A DNA stretch of 64,000 bases from Azolla caroliniana (lineage: Eukaryota; Plantae; Polypodiophyta): the NCBI GenBank assembly GCA_043228905.1, contig JBHGNT010000002.1, forward strand, positions 25,668,001 to 25,732,000, in the 5' to 3' direction. Shown here in pieces: positions 1 to 13,634 of this stretch. Position numbers and translations under genes: made by a program. The notes beneath the pieces were generated by a model. That model saw nothing but the letters and a program-made list of their open reading frames with translations, had not been told where the DNA came from and did no database searches. Every line of letters starts with the position of its first letter. Within the stretch, counting starts at the first letter, position 1.

Positions 1-3000
1 CCTCCATCTCTACATGATATGCCAACATCTTTTATATTAAGTGATCGCCCATAAAACTCGAAAAACTCCACCTGCATCAGTGCTTTACCAAAACATTTAA
101 CTAGTGGCAACAAATCCATCTCAAAATGATGGAACCAAGAAAGTAATGAAAAAGAATCATGTGAGGAATCTTGAACTCTGAAACTACTTTTAATGCACTC
201 GGGTCTTTGATGTTTCAACGAGAGGGTTTTAGTAATATTGGAACTTCTAGACCGTATTTTATACCATCAAAATTTTCAATTGGAAAATCTCAAACACAGA
301 AAACAAAAAAGTTTCAATGCACATTTAATAAAAAATAGAGCATCAAACTTGCGTTGATTATGAATAACTTCAATCAGAAAACGTGTCACAGTACATGGAC
401 ATATATACAGATTGAAAGAGTCATCTCTTGGGTGAATCTTTTTAAAAATGTGGGTTTAAACTTGACATGGATAATTAGCAGGTATGTTTCTTGAATACAC
501 AGTGCATATCCAAGTAGACATCCAGACTGCTATATGATTGGCAGCTACATGACTTACAAGCAGTCAATCAAAGAAATCTTGCCTATTTTCAAGTCTCAGT
601 CTCATATGAAGCTTCAATTTCAGAGTTTATTATGTCCATTTCTAAAATAGTACAACTCCAAGGCCAAAATAAGTAGTATTTTGACCTCCAATTGACATTT
701 CTATGATGCATCTTGTGTTCAAAGTTTTTCCAATAAAGAAAACATACCAGCAGTACTCCAAGGTTCTGCTCAAGCCTAATCTGTTCTTGTGCATGAACAT
801 GGGACAATTTTCTTGCATGTGCCTGAATATAATCAAGCAAGTGAATCAAAAGTGTCTACTCTTAACAAAAGTGTAATTAAAATGTGTTAATGCTTCACCT
901 GAAGGTAACCTAGAAGCATCACAAGTAAAGCATAGGAACCAATTCCTCCACTATATACCTATGAACGCAACAATATGGATTTTGTCATAATAAGTAAAGG
1001 TATGAAACATAAAAGCCCCTTATTGGAGCATACACAAAAGTTCCACTAAATATTTAGTATATATATGAAATAAGAGAGTCAAAACGGTATAAAATGTCTT
1101 CTAACTCAACAAACTGTTGACATCCAGAAAAGAGACCCTAAAACCTAAACCGCTCTTTAATGGAATTAATGTTCAGAACAGAGAAGATTAGTATTTTACC
1201 CAAAAAAATAAAAATTATTAATAAATCAGCTTTTCCATCACTAGATATTAAACCTCACAACTAAAGTATGTCATAGAGCACTAGCATGACAGAAAGTGGC
1301 AATTCATTTTTATCGTTGACGATTTCAAATACACCATTCACATATCATATAGATGCATATGCAAGGGTATGCAGATAAAAACGAGGGGCAAGAAGACAGA
1401 ATCAAAAAACAGACAGATAGTATTACTATGTGCTTATATATAAAAATGTGGCTAGTGGAAATTATCTCATGTAGAATACATAACCTAGCAAGATGAAAAT
1501 GCATTTCTCATACTCCCATCGATCCTTACAACTCATAAATGTGTAAACATCATGTTACGATGACAAAACAGCTTCAGCCCATAAACTGCAAGAGATTCCC
1601 TCTATGAAACTACGTCAAACATAACTTACAAGTGATAAATGTGAAGGTGAGTATTTATAGCAATAAGCCATCAGAAAAAACTTGGAAGTAAAATTTGAAA
1701 ATGCTTACTTCATTCAAATCCCGTTGTTGAAGAAATATCTTCACTACCATACATAGTGGTTTTAGAGGAGGAACAGCTTTTAATGCTTCCTAAAGAGAAA
1801 AAACACATAGAAGACAAGATTAGATCAATATTGCATATACAAGGGTACATAATAACGAAAACACCTCCTCCTTGGTGACACCATTAACAAAGTGATGCCA
1901 GTCTTCGAGCTACTCAGTTTGTCCTTAGTTACAAAGTACAAATTCACCGTCAAAGGACATAGGCTAAATGGGAAATTTCCATAGCCATCCATCCTCAATA
2001 TTTGATACTTATATCTATCATCTTTGTCAAACAAGTCTGCCTACGCAGATAAAAGTGGAAAATATTGTACCTGGATAAACCTTGCAGCATCGGGGCCATT
2101 CAGCATGTCAAAACTACCAAATTAAAAGACAAACAATAAGAAAGCAATTGCATGAGCCCTAATTGTAGCAAATAGACATTCCTATATTCCTATTTACATG
2201 CCTTCTAGAGGCTGAGATCAGCATACGAGACAAATAACGATTACAAATATGGGTAGCTTCAGGTTATTCTTACCAGAAGGGAAAGCTTTAGTTTATCCTT
2301 ACTAGAAGGGAAAGCTCCACGTTATCTACAGATCAAAGATAATGATCTCAATGTATGACATGGCTCTATGATTGGTTACCTACTTGAGGCTGAATCAGCA
2401 TATGAGACAAATAATGATTACAGATATGGGTAGCTTCAGGTTATCCTTGCTGAAAATTGAAAGCTCTACGTTACCTACAGATTGACGATAATGATCTCAA
2501 TGTATGAAGTGGTTTTATGATTCGTTACTTACTTGAGGTTGAATCAGCATATGAGACAAATAATGATTACAAATATGAGTAGCTTCAGGTTATCCTTACT
2601 GAAAAATGAAAGCTCTAGGTTACCTACAGACTGATGATAATGATCTCAATGTATGAGGTCACTTTATAATTGGTAATGATTTTAGAGATAAATTACACCT
2701 ATGAAGTGTATAACGACTACAGTTTCAAATAAAAGAGTATTATACTTTACAAAACCATTGGAAAGAAGAATACTATGCATAAATCAATAATCTTATACAA
2801 AGTACAGATGATGATAATAAACATATATTTACCATTAGTGCATCATACCTTACATCAAATGATACCAAACTTCCACTCTCTACAAACTTCACAATTGGGA
2901 CACGAGCTTTCCCAATCACCTAACACCAAAAAAAACACAAGTGGGGATTTCAAATAACAACTTGAAAATGTACAGGATTGTTTTAAACCATGTCTACCTG

Positions 3001-6000
3001 TATGCTTTTTGCAACTCCTTCCTTTGTCAAAGCTTTTGAAATTGCTTTTAATCCTGATTGTGTGTCACAACAACCAGAATCAAGTATAACAATCTACAAT
3101 TGAAGAACACATAAGGAATATGACATTCACACCAAAGTCCGGTACTATATAAAACTATTGAAGCTTTCCAAAAGTTAAATTACCAAAGCCCTTTACAGGA
3201 AAGCTTACATCAATATCACTCGTGGGCAGATATAAGCCTGTAGCGAATGATCCAAATACAACCACCTACAAATTGAAACAAAATATAAACATGAACAAAG
3301 TGTGTCAATCGTTGCTATGAAGGCTAATTGTACATTTCTTGCAGAGAGTGAAGCTATAACGGATAAACTTTAAACCACCTGACACTGCTTCCAAATTGAC
3401 TTGATCACATTAGATACCCGTTGAACCGCCATCGCCCGTGATTGTTGCTCCATTTGAGTCGGCGATATCAAGTCACAAAAATCTAGAATCTCTGTATATA
3501 TACAAGAGAAACTTCTACTTTACCATTTAATTTGATATGTTTTGAGTTGTGATTATAGTTATTTGACTTTGTTTGATATAATATTTTGTTTGGATATACT
3601 AAAACATAGTACAATATGCATGGGATTTAAAGTTGATAACATCTTCCAGCATCTAAATTCATAAGGAATGCTGTAGACATGGCAAAAAGTTTAATACTTC
3701 TCCATGGAGTGATGGTGAAAGAATCAAAGTTATTGTACATTGTAGTTTCTAGAACCTTCCATACAAAATAGTGTTCTGCTGTGAATACAATCATGAGAAT
3801 AGCAAAATGAGTAGAGAAACTGCCAAACAGGAAACAAGGTGCACCAATGTAGAATAGGACTTGACTGTAAGGAACAGGACTGGAGAATGGAGATGAATTT
3901 CCTATTGCAATTTAAATCCAAGCCCTATATGACTATGGCCTGGGAAATTATATCTATATAAAGAATCCACCTCTGGAACTTCCAGAAGACCGTAGAGCAT
4001 CAATCAACACAAATTTAGCTAGAATTTCAAAGCCGTACATGATGTTGACTATAAATGTCTAAGAACTCTCCATTTGTACATTTATGAACAGTAGCTATCT
4101 TAAGAGCATCTAGGACATACTAGGGTTACTTAGTCCGAACTTGCTCAAGTAACCTGGAATCACATCCTACTTAAACAATATACTTTTGCCCCTAAAACAT
4201 ATTATTTTGCTCCTCCCTCTCCCTCTCTGTTTTCTCTGCATCTCAGTCATTTTATCCCATCACTCCTACTCCAAGCCCCACATTACACACAAGTACCAAA
4301 ACAAGCATCTTGGCTGCCTCCTTTCATGTGTCACTCTTTTGGATTCTTAACGTGGTGATCATTTAGATATTTCTTTATTCATAACCAAGGAAAAAAATAC
4401 AATAAGTTATAATTCAAATCCTAAAACACAACCGACTGCAACCTATTTCAGCAACAAAATGAAGTTGGTTCTACAGCATTCTTCTGAGCATACTGCATAA
4501 TCAGCAAATTATGCCAAAATTGCATATTTCAGAACCCAAGAAAATGACTCCAAATTTGGTCCCAGATCTGAACTTTTTAGTTCTACATGCTGAGGGATTT
4601 GTTCGAATGATGCAAGTCTAATTCACTGTCCACCTCTTCTGAAATATCATGAGCCACTCACTATCCCCTTCACTTATTAATTTTTGAGTGATTTAATGTA
4701 GGGCCTATCCCCTAAATTTAGAGTGACTTTTGGAATCCAATGTTTTAACTGGACTAGACCACATGTCAATCTGAGGGCTTCCCAACTTTCGTTCATCCAG
4801 TCTAGGAACCATTGGTTCTTGGCCGTTTCAAAATGTCATTCAATGTCATTTTGCCCGATACAAAGAATTGCAAGGGAGCAATTAAAAATGATGAGGAAAC
4901 AATAAAGCGGTTTGTTTCATGTCCATTAAGAAATGATCGAATATTACTTACAATTTTAGAATTATAATAAAAAATATTTTAAGATTTGCATTAAAATAAT
5001 TTGTATTCAACTTTGAAGGTGCTTTTCAAAAGAAACTAGTCAATATTATATAGGAATTTACAAATTACAATAATATGAGGTCCTATGACAAAAGTATAGG
5101 TTGTGTTTATCTTCACTGAGATTCAAACCGCAAATAATCAGTGGACAGTGAGTGTAGAGAAGATATGATGATAATGATGATATATTGACATCCATGGTGG
5201 GTCAGCATGAACCATGGGGCTAATAATCACTATAAAAAGTACTTGATCCAATTGTGCAAGTGGAGGATTCTGGAAGGGTAGAGCAATAAGTGTAACTAAA
5301 GGCTGAGATTCACAATCCAGATAAGGAGAGATGAGGTCGTGGAAAATAATGTCAAAGAGACAGTGATGGATGGATAGCCCAATCAGTTCAAAGCCAACAT
5401 TACCCATAGGACCAACAACCGTTACAAAGCACTTTACATAATCTAAGTATTTTATCCATGGAATACGTCAAAAATTTCTTATATTTGTATTGCATCTAAA
5501 ATTGTTTTACTAGCTTCAGGTAAAGAAGGAATTATGCCAAAAACATTTCTCAATGAAGAGACCATTTCATCTCAGAATAAATTTTTTAGGGCAAATTATT
5601 ATTATTATTATTTTCTTTTAAGGAAACGTAAAATACATTAAATGTGTGGAACATTTTGAAATGGTGATTCTAAATTGTAGAATATTCAGAGTTCTAAAAC
5701 ATTTTTATGCATAAAATACGTGCTTTTTAAAAACCATATCTTGGGAGAACTCTTCAATGTTGTCCCTAATGTCCACATATGCAGAGCATTCCAATTTGAA
5801 ATATTCTTACATTTATGGTACGCTCATACAAACATAGGTCATATGTTCTCTTTTTCTACTAAATAATCATTCAGTCAATAACTATTTTCAATGCATGTAA
5901 CTGTGTGCATAGGTATCCAGATGTGATTTTGCACATCAGCCATCAGCCTCCTTAGTTTCTACAATATTGTGATGAATTTCCACCCTGTATGAATTTAATA

Positions 6001-7114
6001 CTATTGCTCTAATCTCCTATCTGTGGGTTGGACTCAAGTGGCACGCTTCCTTAAATTCATAGCATTGAGCTGTGCAAATCTCCACTCTCCAAGTTAGATG
6101 CTTGTTCCAAGTGTGTTGAATAGGTATTTGAGACTCTGAACCATTTCAATAGCCAGAGAAAGGTGTGTTTGTGTGTGTAATATGCATGTAGCAAATTTAA
6201 GTTGTGAGAGAGAGTGTAGAGAAATGAAACTTAAGCAATAAGAAGAGCGTGAAAAAAATAAAGGGTTGTACTGAAAAAACAGTACAAAAAAATTTAAGCT
6301 ATATGGAAAACTATTTCCCATTTCAAGTGAAACTTGTTAGTGTTCCACCATTTAGATCGCTACATTGACAACACAGGTTTCCTTCTCCTTGATTTTGTGC
6401 AGTGCACATCCATGACATATTCACACTTTTTTTAAGAGACAGAAACCCATACCTGGGAACTTCGTAACACTGGAGGCCTAGGGTACAATGACCATGTCCA
6501 TGTTATGTAAATTGGCCATATCCATTATATATTATTACTTGTTTAAGAATAGGCAAATGATAGATTCACTGATTAAATATGGCACACTGCCAACCTGGGG
6601 GGGATCCATTACCTTGTGCTTGGGTTATGCAAAAGTTTCCTGTCCACGTTATGTCATTACCTTTTGGTTAAGAAGAGACAAATGATATCTTACCTTGATG
6701 GAGTTCCAGGAGAGGGCTCCTAATGGAAATTGGTCCCCGCAAACCAAGCTGACACCATGGAGGATTTTCGTGTAATTTTGAATCGTTTGAAGTAGGATGA
6801 ACTGGAGAAGGAGGAATGAATCCATCGGTTCTTTCTTTGTTCTCTTCCTTGCTACCTTCATCATCTCCATCAATAGATAGAGAAATGTACTCCACTTCTG
6901 TTTCTTCTTCTTCTTCTTCACCTCCTCCTCCTTCTGCACCTTGAATGCGGTTATCATCTACAATTCTGCGAAGGACAAGAGCGTCTTCGACGCTATGTTC
7001 CTGGTCAGAGATGAAGCCTTGATGGAAGAGGGTGCTTGGGGAAGATGGGCCCAACGAAGCTTCCACGATGTCGTAAGAGATAGAGCTAGAGCTTCTTCTT
7101 TGGTCGAGCTCCAT
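1..7114 (-). CDS. TRL: TRF4/5-like non-canonical poly(A) polymerase / terminal nucleotidyltransferase (PAPD5/TENT4 family), 3' end outside window
   Basis: Exons (-): 7114-6694, 3491-3379, 3265-3209, 3093-2998, 2919-2849, 2113-2071, 1789-1709, 958-899, 822-748, 71-<1, with GT-AG introns in frame. Translation includes SPLLELHQEILDFCDLISP, VFGSFATGLYLPTSDID (GS..DxD catalytic motif), KARVPIVKF, FDMLNGP, LKPLCMVVKIFLQQRDLNEVYSGGIGSYAL and NLGVLLVEFFEFYG. Confidence 0.93.
2208..2677. repeat. Intronic tandem repeat, 3 copies of ~149-177 bp
   Basis: ATCAGCATA(C/T)GAGACAAATAA..GATTACA..TAGCTTCAGGTTA..GATAATGATCTCAATGTATGA recurs at ~2217, ~2394 and ~2543. Confidence 0.85.
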
Positions 7115-7145
7115 GGCCACGAAACGCGCAGAGAACTGTGCGTTT

Positions 7146-7154
7146 AAACCCTAG
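7146..7154. promoter_or_regulatory. Telo-box-like element (AAACCCTAG) just upstream of the TRL start codon
   Basis: AAACCCTA lies ~32 nt upstream of the ATG. Telo-boxes are common in plant ribosome-biogenesis and translation genes. Confidence 0.4.
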
Positions 7155-8736
7155 AAAAGCAAAATGTCCACAGTTTTACACCAGGAGAAGGTGTTCACGT
7201 TTTCAACAATTATAGAGATACCCCTGGGCTTGGCTCCCTTGTAATACTAGAATTTCCTGAAATACCCCTGACCTTTACTTGGATATTGCTCCATGGCACA
7301 AAATCTGGAGAGGGTATTCTCGTAATGTTTGAGCCTTGACAATATTCTTGTTAGTATCCAAAACCTTGCTGGTGTTTTCGAGTTTTACCCTTCAAAATAC
7401 GTTGAGGTGATCGATTATGTTTTGATAAGAAACAAGTCAATGTGGCTCAACTCGTGCGGGGTGATAATGTTGTGTGTTCAACCTCTACTAGGGAACATGA
7501 ACCAGGAGAAGCTTCAAATATATCATTTATGACATAGATCCCTTTGTCGAACAAATATATCATATATGATAAGGCAACACATAAGCCCATGGTTTGATGG
7601 AGGACTACTTAAGATTTCTGCTCCTATTCTCTAAACACTATGGGTTGAAGTGTGGTGTGGTCTTTTCCAATAGGGAGTGACGTCCTCCAACTCCTCTGGT
7701 AGCCCACCGAAAGCAAGGTGACCCCTTGGGACTCAATAGTCATGCTTGGAAACATAACACTTCAATATCCAAACCCCTTTTGGGAAAATGCAATTCATTG
7801 AAGCTTTGTGTCGGGCCAAGCGGGCTACATTGGCAAGTAAAACTACATCGCAACAATCCCAAAATCAAGATGCTTTTCGATCCACTCAGAACCACCACAA
7901 AGTATATTTGTGCATGCTTATTTTTACTCGTGATCAAGCTTGTGTGTGGATTTCAAGTTGTGTTTCAGTAGGTCTGAAATTCCATTTGGTTGATTTTTCT
8001 GCACACTTATGGTGCCTTTCACGGGAGTCAACCCATGATTCTTCTCCACATGGCCAAGTTGGTTAGGTGTCCACTATTCAAGGACATTTTATATGTGTCA
8101 ATCCGCACGTTGTGAACATGTGTCTGGACGTCCCTTCGAGTCAATGAACCATGTGTCATTGAATATATTCATGCTCGTTATCATAGAGTCAATTGTATGG
8201 CTTGTTATTAACATTTTTCCATTAGCAACAATTTTTAAGTTGGCATAGATTGTGTGAGTTATTGCCCATTTGTGCCATTGTTTTTCTTCTCTCAACAATG
8301 TGCCTCCTCGCAGCCATGCTTCTCGCAATACCAACATTCCATTTTGTTTCAGTTGTTTATGTCAGCCTTACAAACTGCCTTTTAGTCTGGGAAGATTCAA
8401 ACTCATTATTAGCCTAATAATATCATGATTTGACATTATTTATAATTCTTACATATGTCAAACATTGTAAGTTTTTACATGATCACAAACAAGTTGTACA
8501 ACACTCGTGCACAATAACCAAGTGGCAAACATGTAAGATAATCAAGTGGTGAGCATACGTTAATGCCATGTTTTGAGCATGCATTGTTGCTTGGTGGCAA
8601 ATATTTGTAAGCTAAACTATATTGAACATACAAAAGTGATTAGTTAGTCAAGCCATTCTACTTCTACTTCAATGTCATTCTAGTTCTTGTTTATAAAAAA
8701 CAAACATTATTCCATATTCTCTCTCTTTTTTTAGTA

Positions 8737-9262
8737 TTTTTTTTTTCAAAAAAAGATACCACATTAGTATTACAAAACGCCATAAGGCTATACATACAAT
8801 ATATACCACATATCCCCTATATTTTTCTAAATTCTAACCATCCACTTAAATAAATACTTTGATGTTGAGTAAAACCACTCCACCTTATCAAAAAATTGTC
8901 TATAAAATATACTTATGTCCCATATGGCATGAAACTCCAGACGCTTAAGTTTAGCTCGGTGTGTATTACCTTTTATACTATCCAACAAACCTCTGAGATT
9001 GTGCACAATCTCTATCCAAATTCCCGAATTTATTTGGGGAGGTCTTTCAGTCACATTTTGAAATACCTTCAAACATCGAGCCTTCCAAATATACCAAATT
9101 GTAATACTACTTACCAATTGCCATATTTGAGGCTTATCAGTTTGTATTTGTGGATTCAAAGGTATCAAGATTTTTTCCATCATACCATATCTCATCACAA
9201 TAGCATCTACAACCTCCTACTATTCATATGCCATAGGTTTATCATGTACCACTGCCCATAAT
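8737..9262 (-). mobile_element. 5'-truncated L1-like LINE, 3' end of ORF2
   Basis: ORF 8827-9198 has IWYIWKARCLKVF (WxIWxxRxxxxF motif of plant LINE ORF2 C-termini). Poly(A) tail is the T-run at 8737-8746. Confidence 0.75.
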
Positions 9263-9285
9263 ACTGTCATGAATACATAAGCATC

Positions 9286-9352
9286 ATGGCTTCACTTGGG
9301 CTTGAACCCAAGACCTTGTAATACATAATCAAGAACCTAACCATTAAGATAG
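9286..9352 (-). pseudogene. Degenerate tRNA-like / SINE-head relic
   Basis: Minus strand reads TATCTTAATGGTTAGG (A-box-like)...GGTCTTGGGTTCAAGCCCAAG (T-arm TTGGG/CCCAA with B box)...GAAGCCA. The anticodon arm is degenerate. Confidence 0.5.
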
Positions 9353-9401
9353 CATATGATCATATAAAATAATAAAATCTACTTCTTGACTGACTATTAC
9401 A

Positions 9402-9530
9402 AATATTCTGGAACATTCTAGAATATCCTAGAACATCTTAGAATATTCTAGGTCTTGAACATCTTAGAATATTCTAGGTCTAGAACATTCTAGAATATCC
9501 TGCGTCTAGAACATTTTAGAACATTATAGA
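9402..9530. repeat. Short ~10-bp CTAGAA(C/T)ATT tandem array, possibly an LTR remnant
   Basis: Repeated TAGAACATTC/TAGAATATTC units followed by CTATAAATA at ~9551. Confidence 0.55.
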
Positions 9531-10372
9531 AATCACTGGGCTATAGGAACCTATAAATATAGACATATAATTATTCTCAAACCAATTCGTTCTGACAAAT
9601 ACTGCTCCCCATGTATACATAGTTGTAGGATATGTTGGAGTTAATAATTTAGTAATGTTTTTTGCTTTTGGTCAAACAATTTCAACAATCATCCCTCACT
9701 TGCTATTTTTTAGAACCCCACAAAGCTACTCTCAAAATGATGAAGTTGATCGATGAACAAGAATATATGTGCGTCTCACAACCAATTTTATGGTAATGGA
9801 AAGAGAAACCATAGTTGCTCAAAGACTTGCAACTCTCAAGCTCCATAAAGGTACCACAATATGAGGAGGCACCGCGATGTGTCCACGAACATAAACAAAA
9901 TTGTTAACTTTGCGACAACAAACATTGGTAGTACAATAATCGACAAAAGAGTTAACCACGAGTCTCACAATGAAGTTCCATGGTACCTTATTACAATTTT
10001 GAGGTTTTTTACACGAAGTGCATCAAGTAATTCAAATGCGCCACGCTTGGTATATTGACAACATTGCCCAAGTTGGATTAGCTAGTATCTTGTATGCGCA
10101 CGCCTTTTGGGTGGTTCAAACCATCAATCTCCTAAGTGGTGGTATTTTCTTCACTACATGTTTATACTCAGAAAATGCTACATCATGTGTGGCTTGTGTA
10201 TAGTATTTGAGTTTATAGTATACAACCATCGAGCTTTAATTGTTATTTTTAACATAAAACACTGGTAATTGTCTATGTCTTGACATATCTGAAAATTATC
10301 ATGACGAACAATGATTCAAAGATACAATGGATAATGGATAATGATAAAAAGTCAACATATAATTGGTGATCC

Positions 10373-10545
10373 TTTATAATCGGATGAAGCAGTGAGTTTG
10401 AGTCTTTGTTGATTCCTTTATACATGTTGGTTTCTTTGTAGCCATGCAAATTGGCTTGTAACACAGGAGTTGTATATTATCCTATGTACATTGTCTTAAC
10501 TAATGGAAGATGTAATTGTTTTTGGAAAAAAAAGAAAAGAAAATA
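10373..10545 (+). mobile_element. Short retroposed LINE 3' end with A-rich tail and 27-bp TSD
   Basis: Flanked by AAAAAGT(C/T)AACATATAATTGGTGATCC at 10346-10372 and 10546-10572. Ends ...TAACTAATGGAAG...TTTTTGG(A)n. Confidence 0.75.
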
Positions 10546-10683
10546 AAAAAGTTAACATATAATTGGTGATCCAAATAATGCATCAAAATTTGACTACAAG
10601 CTCATAATGAATATACCACATATTTCTTTATTGTTGTGTTCATATATATATATATTTCCAAAAAGATTACTATTTCCATTAGT

Positions 10684-10882
10684 TTTTTTTTTCCAAAAAA
10701 TACTATTTTTTTTTTTCCAAAAACATCTACTTCCATTAGTTAAGAATGTACAAAGGAATCATTTACAACTCATATCTTACAAGACATCTTGCATGTCAAA
10801 GGAAAACAATGTGTAGATGAAACAACATAAAAAAAAAACAACTCCAAAACACCACATCATTATTCTATGTGTATAGCGTTAC
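10684..10882 (-). mobile_element. Short retroposed LINE 3' end with poly(A) and TSD; near-identical to 13643-13813
   Basis: TCCAAAAAATACTATTT is duplicated at 10692-10708 and 10883-10899. The ~170 bp body matches the 3' end of the element at 13643. Confidence 0.75.
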
Positions 10883-11399
10883 TCCAAAAAATACTATTTC
10901 CATTAGTTAAGTCAATGTACATAGTTTTACTAATGATTCCTCTGATTGAATGTGCATATTGTCATCGAGTTATGACAAAAGTGAGTAAATTGATATCAAG
11001 ATCCAACTTTGTTGCTATGACATGTTGAACGTGTTCTAATATATTCAACACATTATATTAAAATACGTATTCTAGTACTCATAAAAATACTAGAATACTT
11101 GATAAATACTTAATATATGCATTCTACCCTTATTGTATGCTACAAATCTTACAACCATGCGTCAACTCTAAAATTTTCTCCATGCAGTGCGGAAGATGTG
11201 TCATTGTTGATGTTATAAAGGTAAGAGCAAATTATTTGTGAGGGTGATGTCAAGCTAATTACAATGTGTTTTTCTAGGAACACAACATCAAACCCCATGA
11301 CTTTTACCTATTACATGAATGTGTTGAAGAATAAATAAGAAACCATTTTTACATTTACAAAATTAGAGCAGTGACAACATAATATGGTAAATATGCAAG

Positions 11400-13450
11400 C
11401 AACAATTTGTTGCAACATTTAAAGCTTCTCATGTAATAATAAAATCAATGCTTTAAGTACAGGCTTTAGCTTGTATATATAAAAAATAATGTAATACTAA
11501 GGTTTATCTGACTCACATTTGAATTTAACTCATCTCTCACTGATATCACCTTTAGCATGTGAACGCCCATGCATTGTGGAAATTTCCCATTATACATAAT
11601 TGTTGAAGTTTGTCTTGTAAATGTTGAACAAATTTGTTGCAGCGACATATTCTTCAAGTGCAAGATTGGCAAATGTTCAAGTGTAGCCACACAAAATCTA
11701 CAAGCTAATACAATATTTGATTGAACGTAAGGTGGTTACCCCAATACTTTGCTTCCTATTGGCATGGTCGATTTGAGCCAAAATTACATTTACTTGGCTT
11801 CAATGACACATTGTGCGCAATATCGCAATGCATCAATTTAGATAGCATAAATAAAATGGCATTGCTTACACAACACACACCAAAAATATGTTGATTTCTT
11901 TCTCGAAGTAATTTTTTGTTTATTGTGAATATATTCCCAAGAAGGCGCCCTGTTTTATTATAAATTTGTGAAGGAAACTTTACATCTCCAAGCATGTGAT
12001 AATAATGCCATAAGTGTGACTTCAAATTAAACTCTTTTAAGGATGTATTTTATGGAAACATTAATGTTACGTGCAACACCTTGTTTGAATTTGCAATTGC
12101 TTTTCCTATCCATGATTCCATTAAGACTCGATCCTTAGACAATTTGATAAGGCTCGGTGCATAGTAGATGGCATTTGTTTCAATATCTATTAGATGTTCA
12201 AGCTTCTTTCAAAGTGAATGACGATCATTCTTAAATATATATGCATGATCGAGAAATGAAAATATTGGAATCATTCAAATGCTTTAAAATAGAACAATGT
12301 GGATAGGGTCACTTCCATTACTCTACCTTGGACGATGACGGTCCAAATCAAAGTTTGGCTCTACGTCTAGAATTGGTAGGAGATGTATGACAATCTATTT
12401 TCTTTACCAATCTTTAAGGAGTATCATGAACTAATTTTCCTCTTTGCTCCCTATTGAGATGTTGAGTTTGTACTACATTTCATAATGGGCTAATTAAGGC
12501 TTACAATGAAAACGAACATTCTTACTAGTACTATAACTCTAGAACAATTATTTGAGCCAATCACCACACAATAGACAACAACTTTATCCCTTTTTAATAA
12601 AACTCACACAATTGATAGTAGATACTCGTAAATAGTGTATGCTAGAATGACATGAACCTTAAGACATCGTTTTTTATATTCATCAAATATATCAATCACC
12701 CATTCACCTTTATATAGATATTTCATGTGCTCAATGATTATAGGAGCCAACATGATTGCACCCAAGAAAAAGCGGATAAGTGTTCCCAAAAGATTTTATT
12801 TTGTGATTGGTCATGTCGCATACTAGTGGAATTGTGAGAAAATACAATAAGTTAGAAGGAAGTTAAAGGTTAATTTATATGTATGTTACGATGTGTTCCT
12901 TCTATAAATATTTCAAACTTGTTTCACACCATGCCAACCCATTCGATGCTTAATGCACCTTGGCTCGAACTTGTCATTGGACCAATGTGGTTATAACTCA
13001 TTAGACAAGTTTTTTAAACACACAATTGTTCATTGCGATAGAATGTTTGTGTGTAGGATGACAATAAGGGTCAAGATTGTGGAAAGACTAAAGGTAACTA
13101 AGAACGAAATATCTATTTTTCCAAGGGAACATCAAATCTGAGAAATAAGTCATTGGATGAAACTTATGACAAAAACTAAGATAGTTTATTTGCGCTCATT
13201 TGTGAGGGTGATCCAACCAAGTACAAATAAAAAGGACAAAGTTGCACAAAGAAGGTCTAACATCTAGTGACATCGAGCAATTTGAGAGAATATGATGAGC
13301 AATATGACAAGTGAGTGACAATGCATGGAAGTAAATGTGGTGCAACATTTGGTAGATCATTGAATGCAAATGACTTACCATGGACAAAGAAACATATGTT
13401 CATTGTCAATGCACTAGAGTGAGGTATGACAGGTGCCATGAATGAGGTGA
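11400..13450 (-). mobile_element. Highly degenerate CACTA/En-Spm (Tnp2-like) transposase remnant
   Basis: Broken frames give EPR..(G)W, LKVHVILAYTIYEY (cf. FxLxAxLxWTIxD) and LKSHxxH-like motifs, with many stops. No termini found. Confidence 0.45.
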
Positions 13451-13634
13451 AGCAAGTGCGAGAAAAAAGTTAACAATACTAACGGACTAGAGAATATTTC
13501 TCTCCATATGTGTGTATGATGTATTGTTTCAAGCAACATTGAGAAATATTGAAGAAACCATGCTCAACGATGATGAATCGAGTAGAACAAGAGAAGTGTT
13601 TTGATCAAAATTGTCTCTAGTTGGCACCATCACT

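Noticed and set aside
3730-4200. Possible solo LTR in TRL intron 1
   Set aside because: CTAG-rich with a TATA-like motif, but no TSD or defined termini could be identified.
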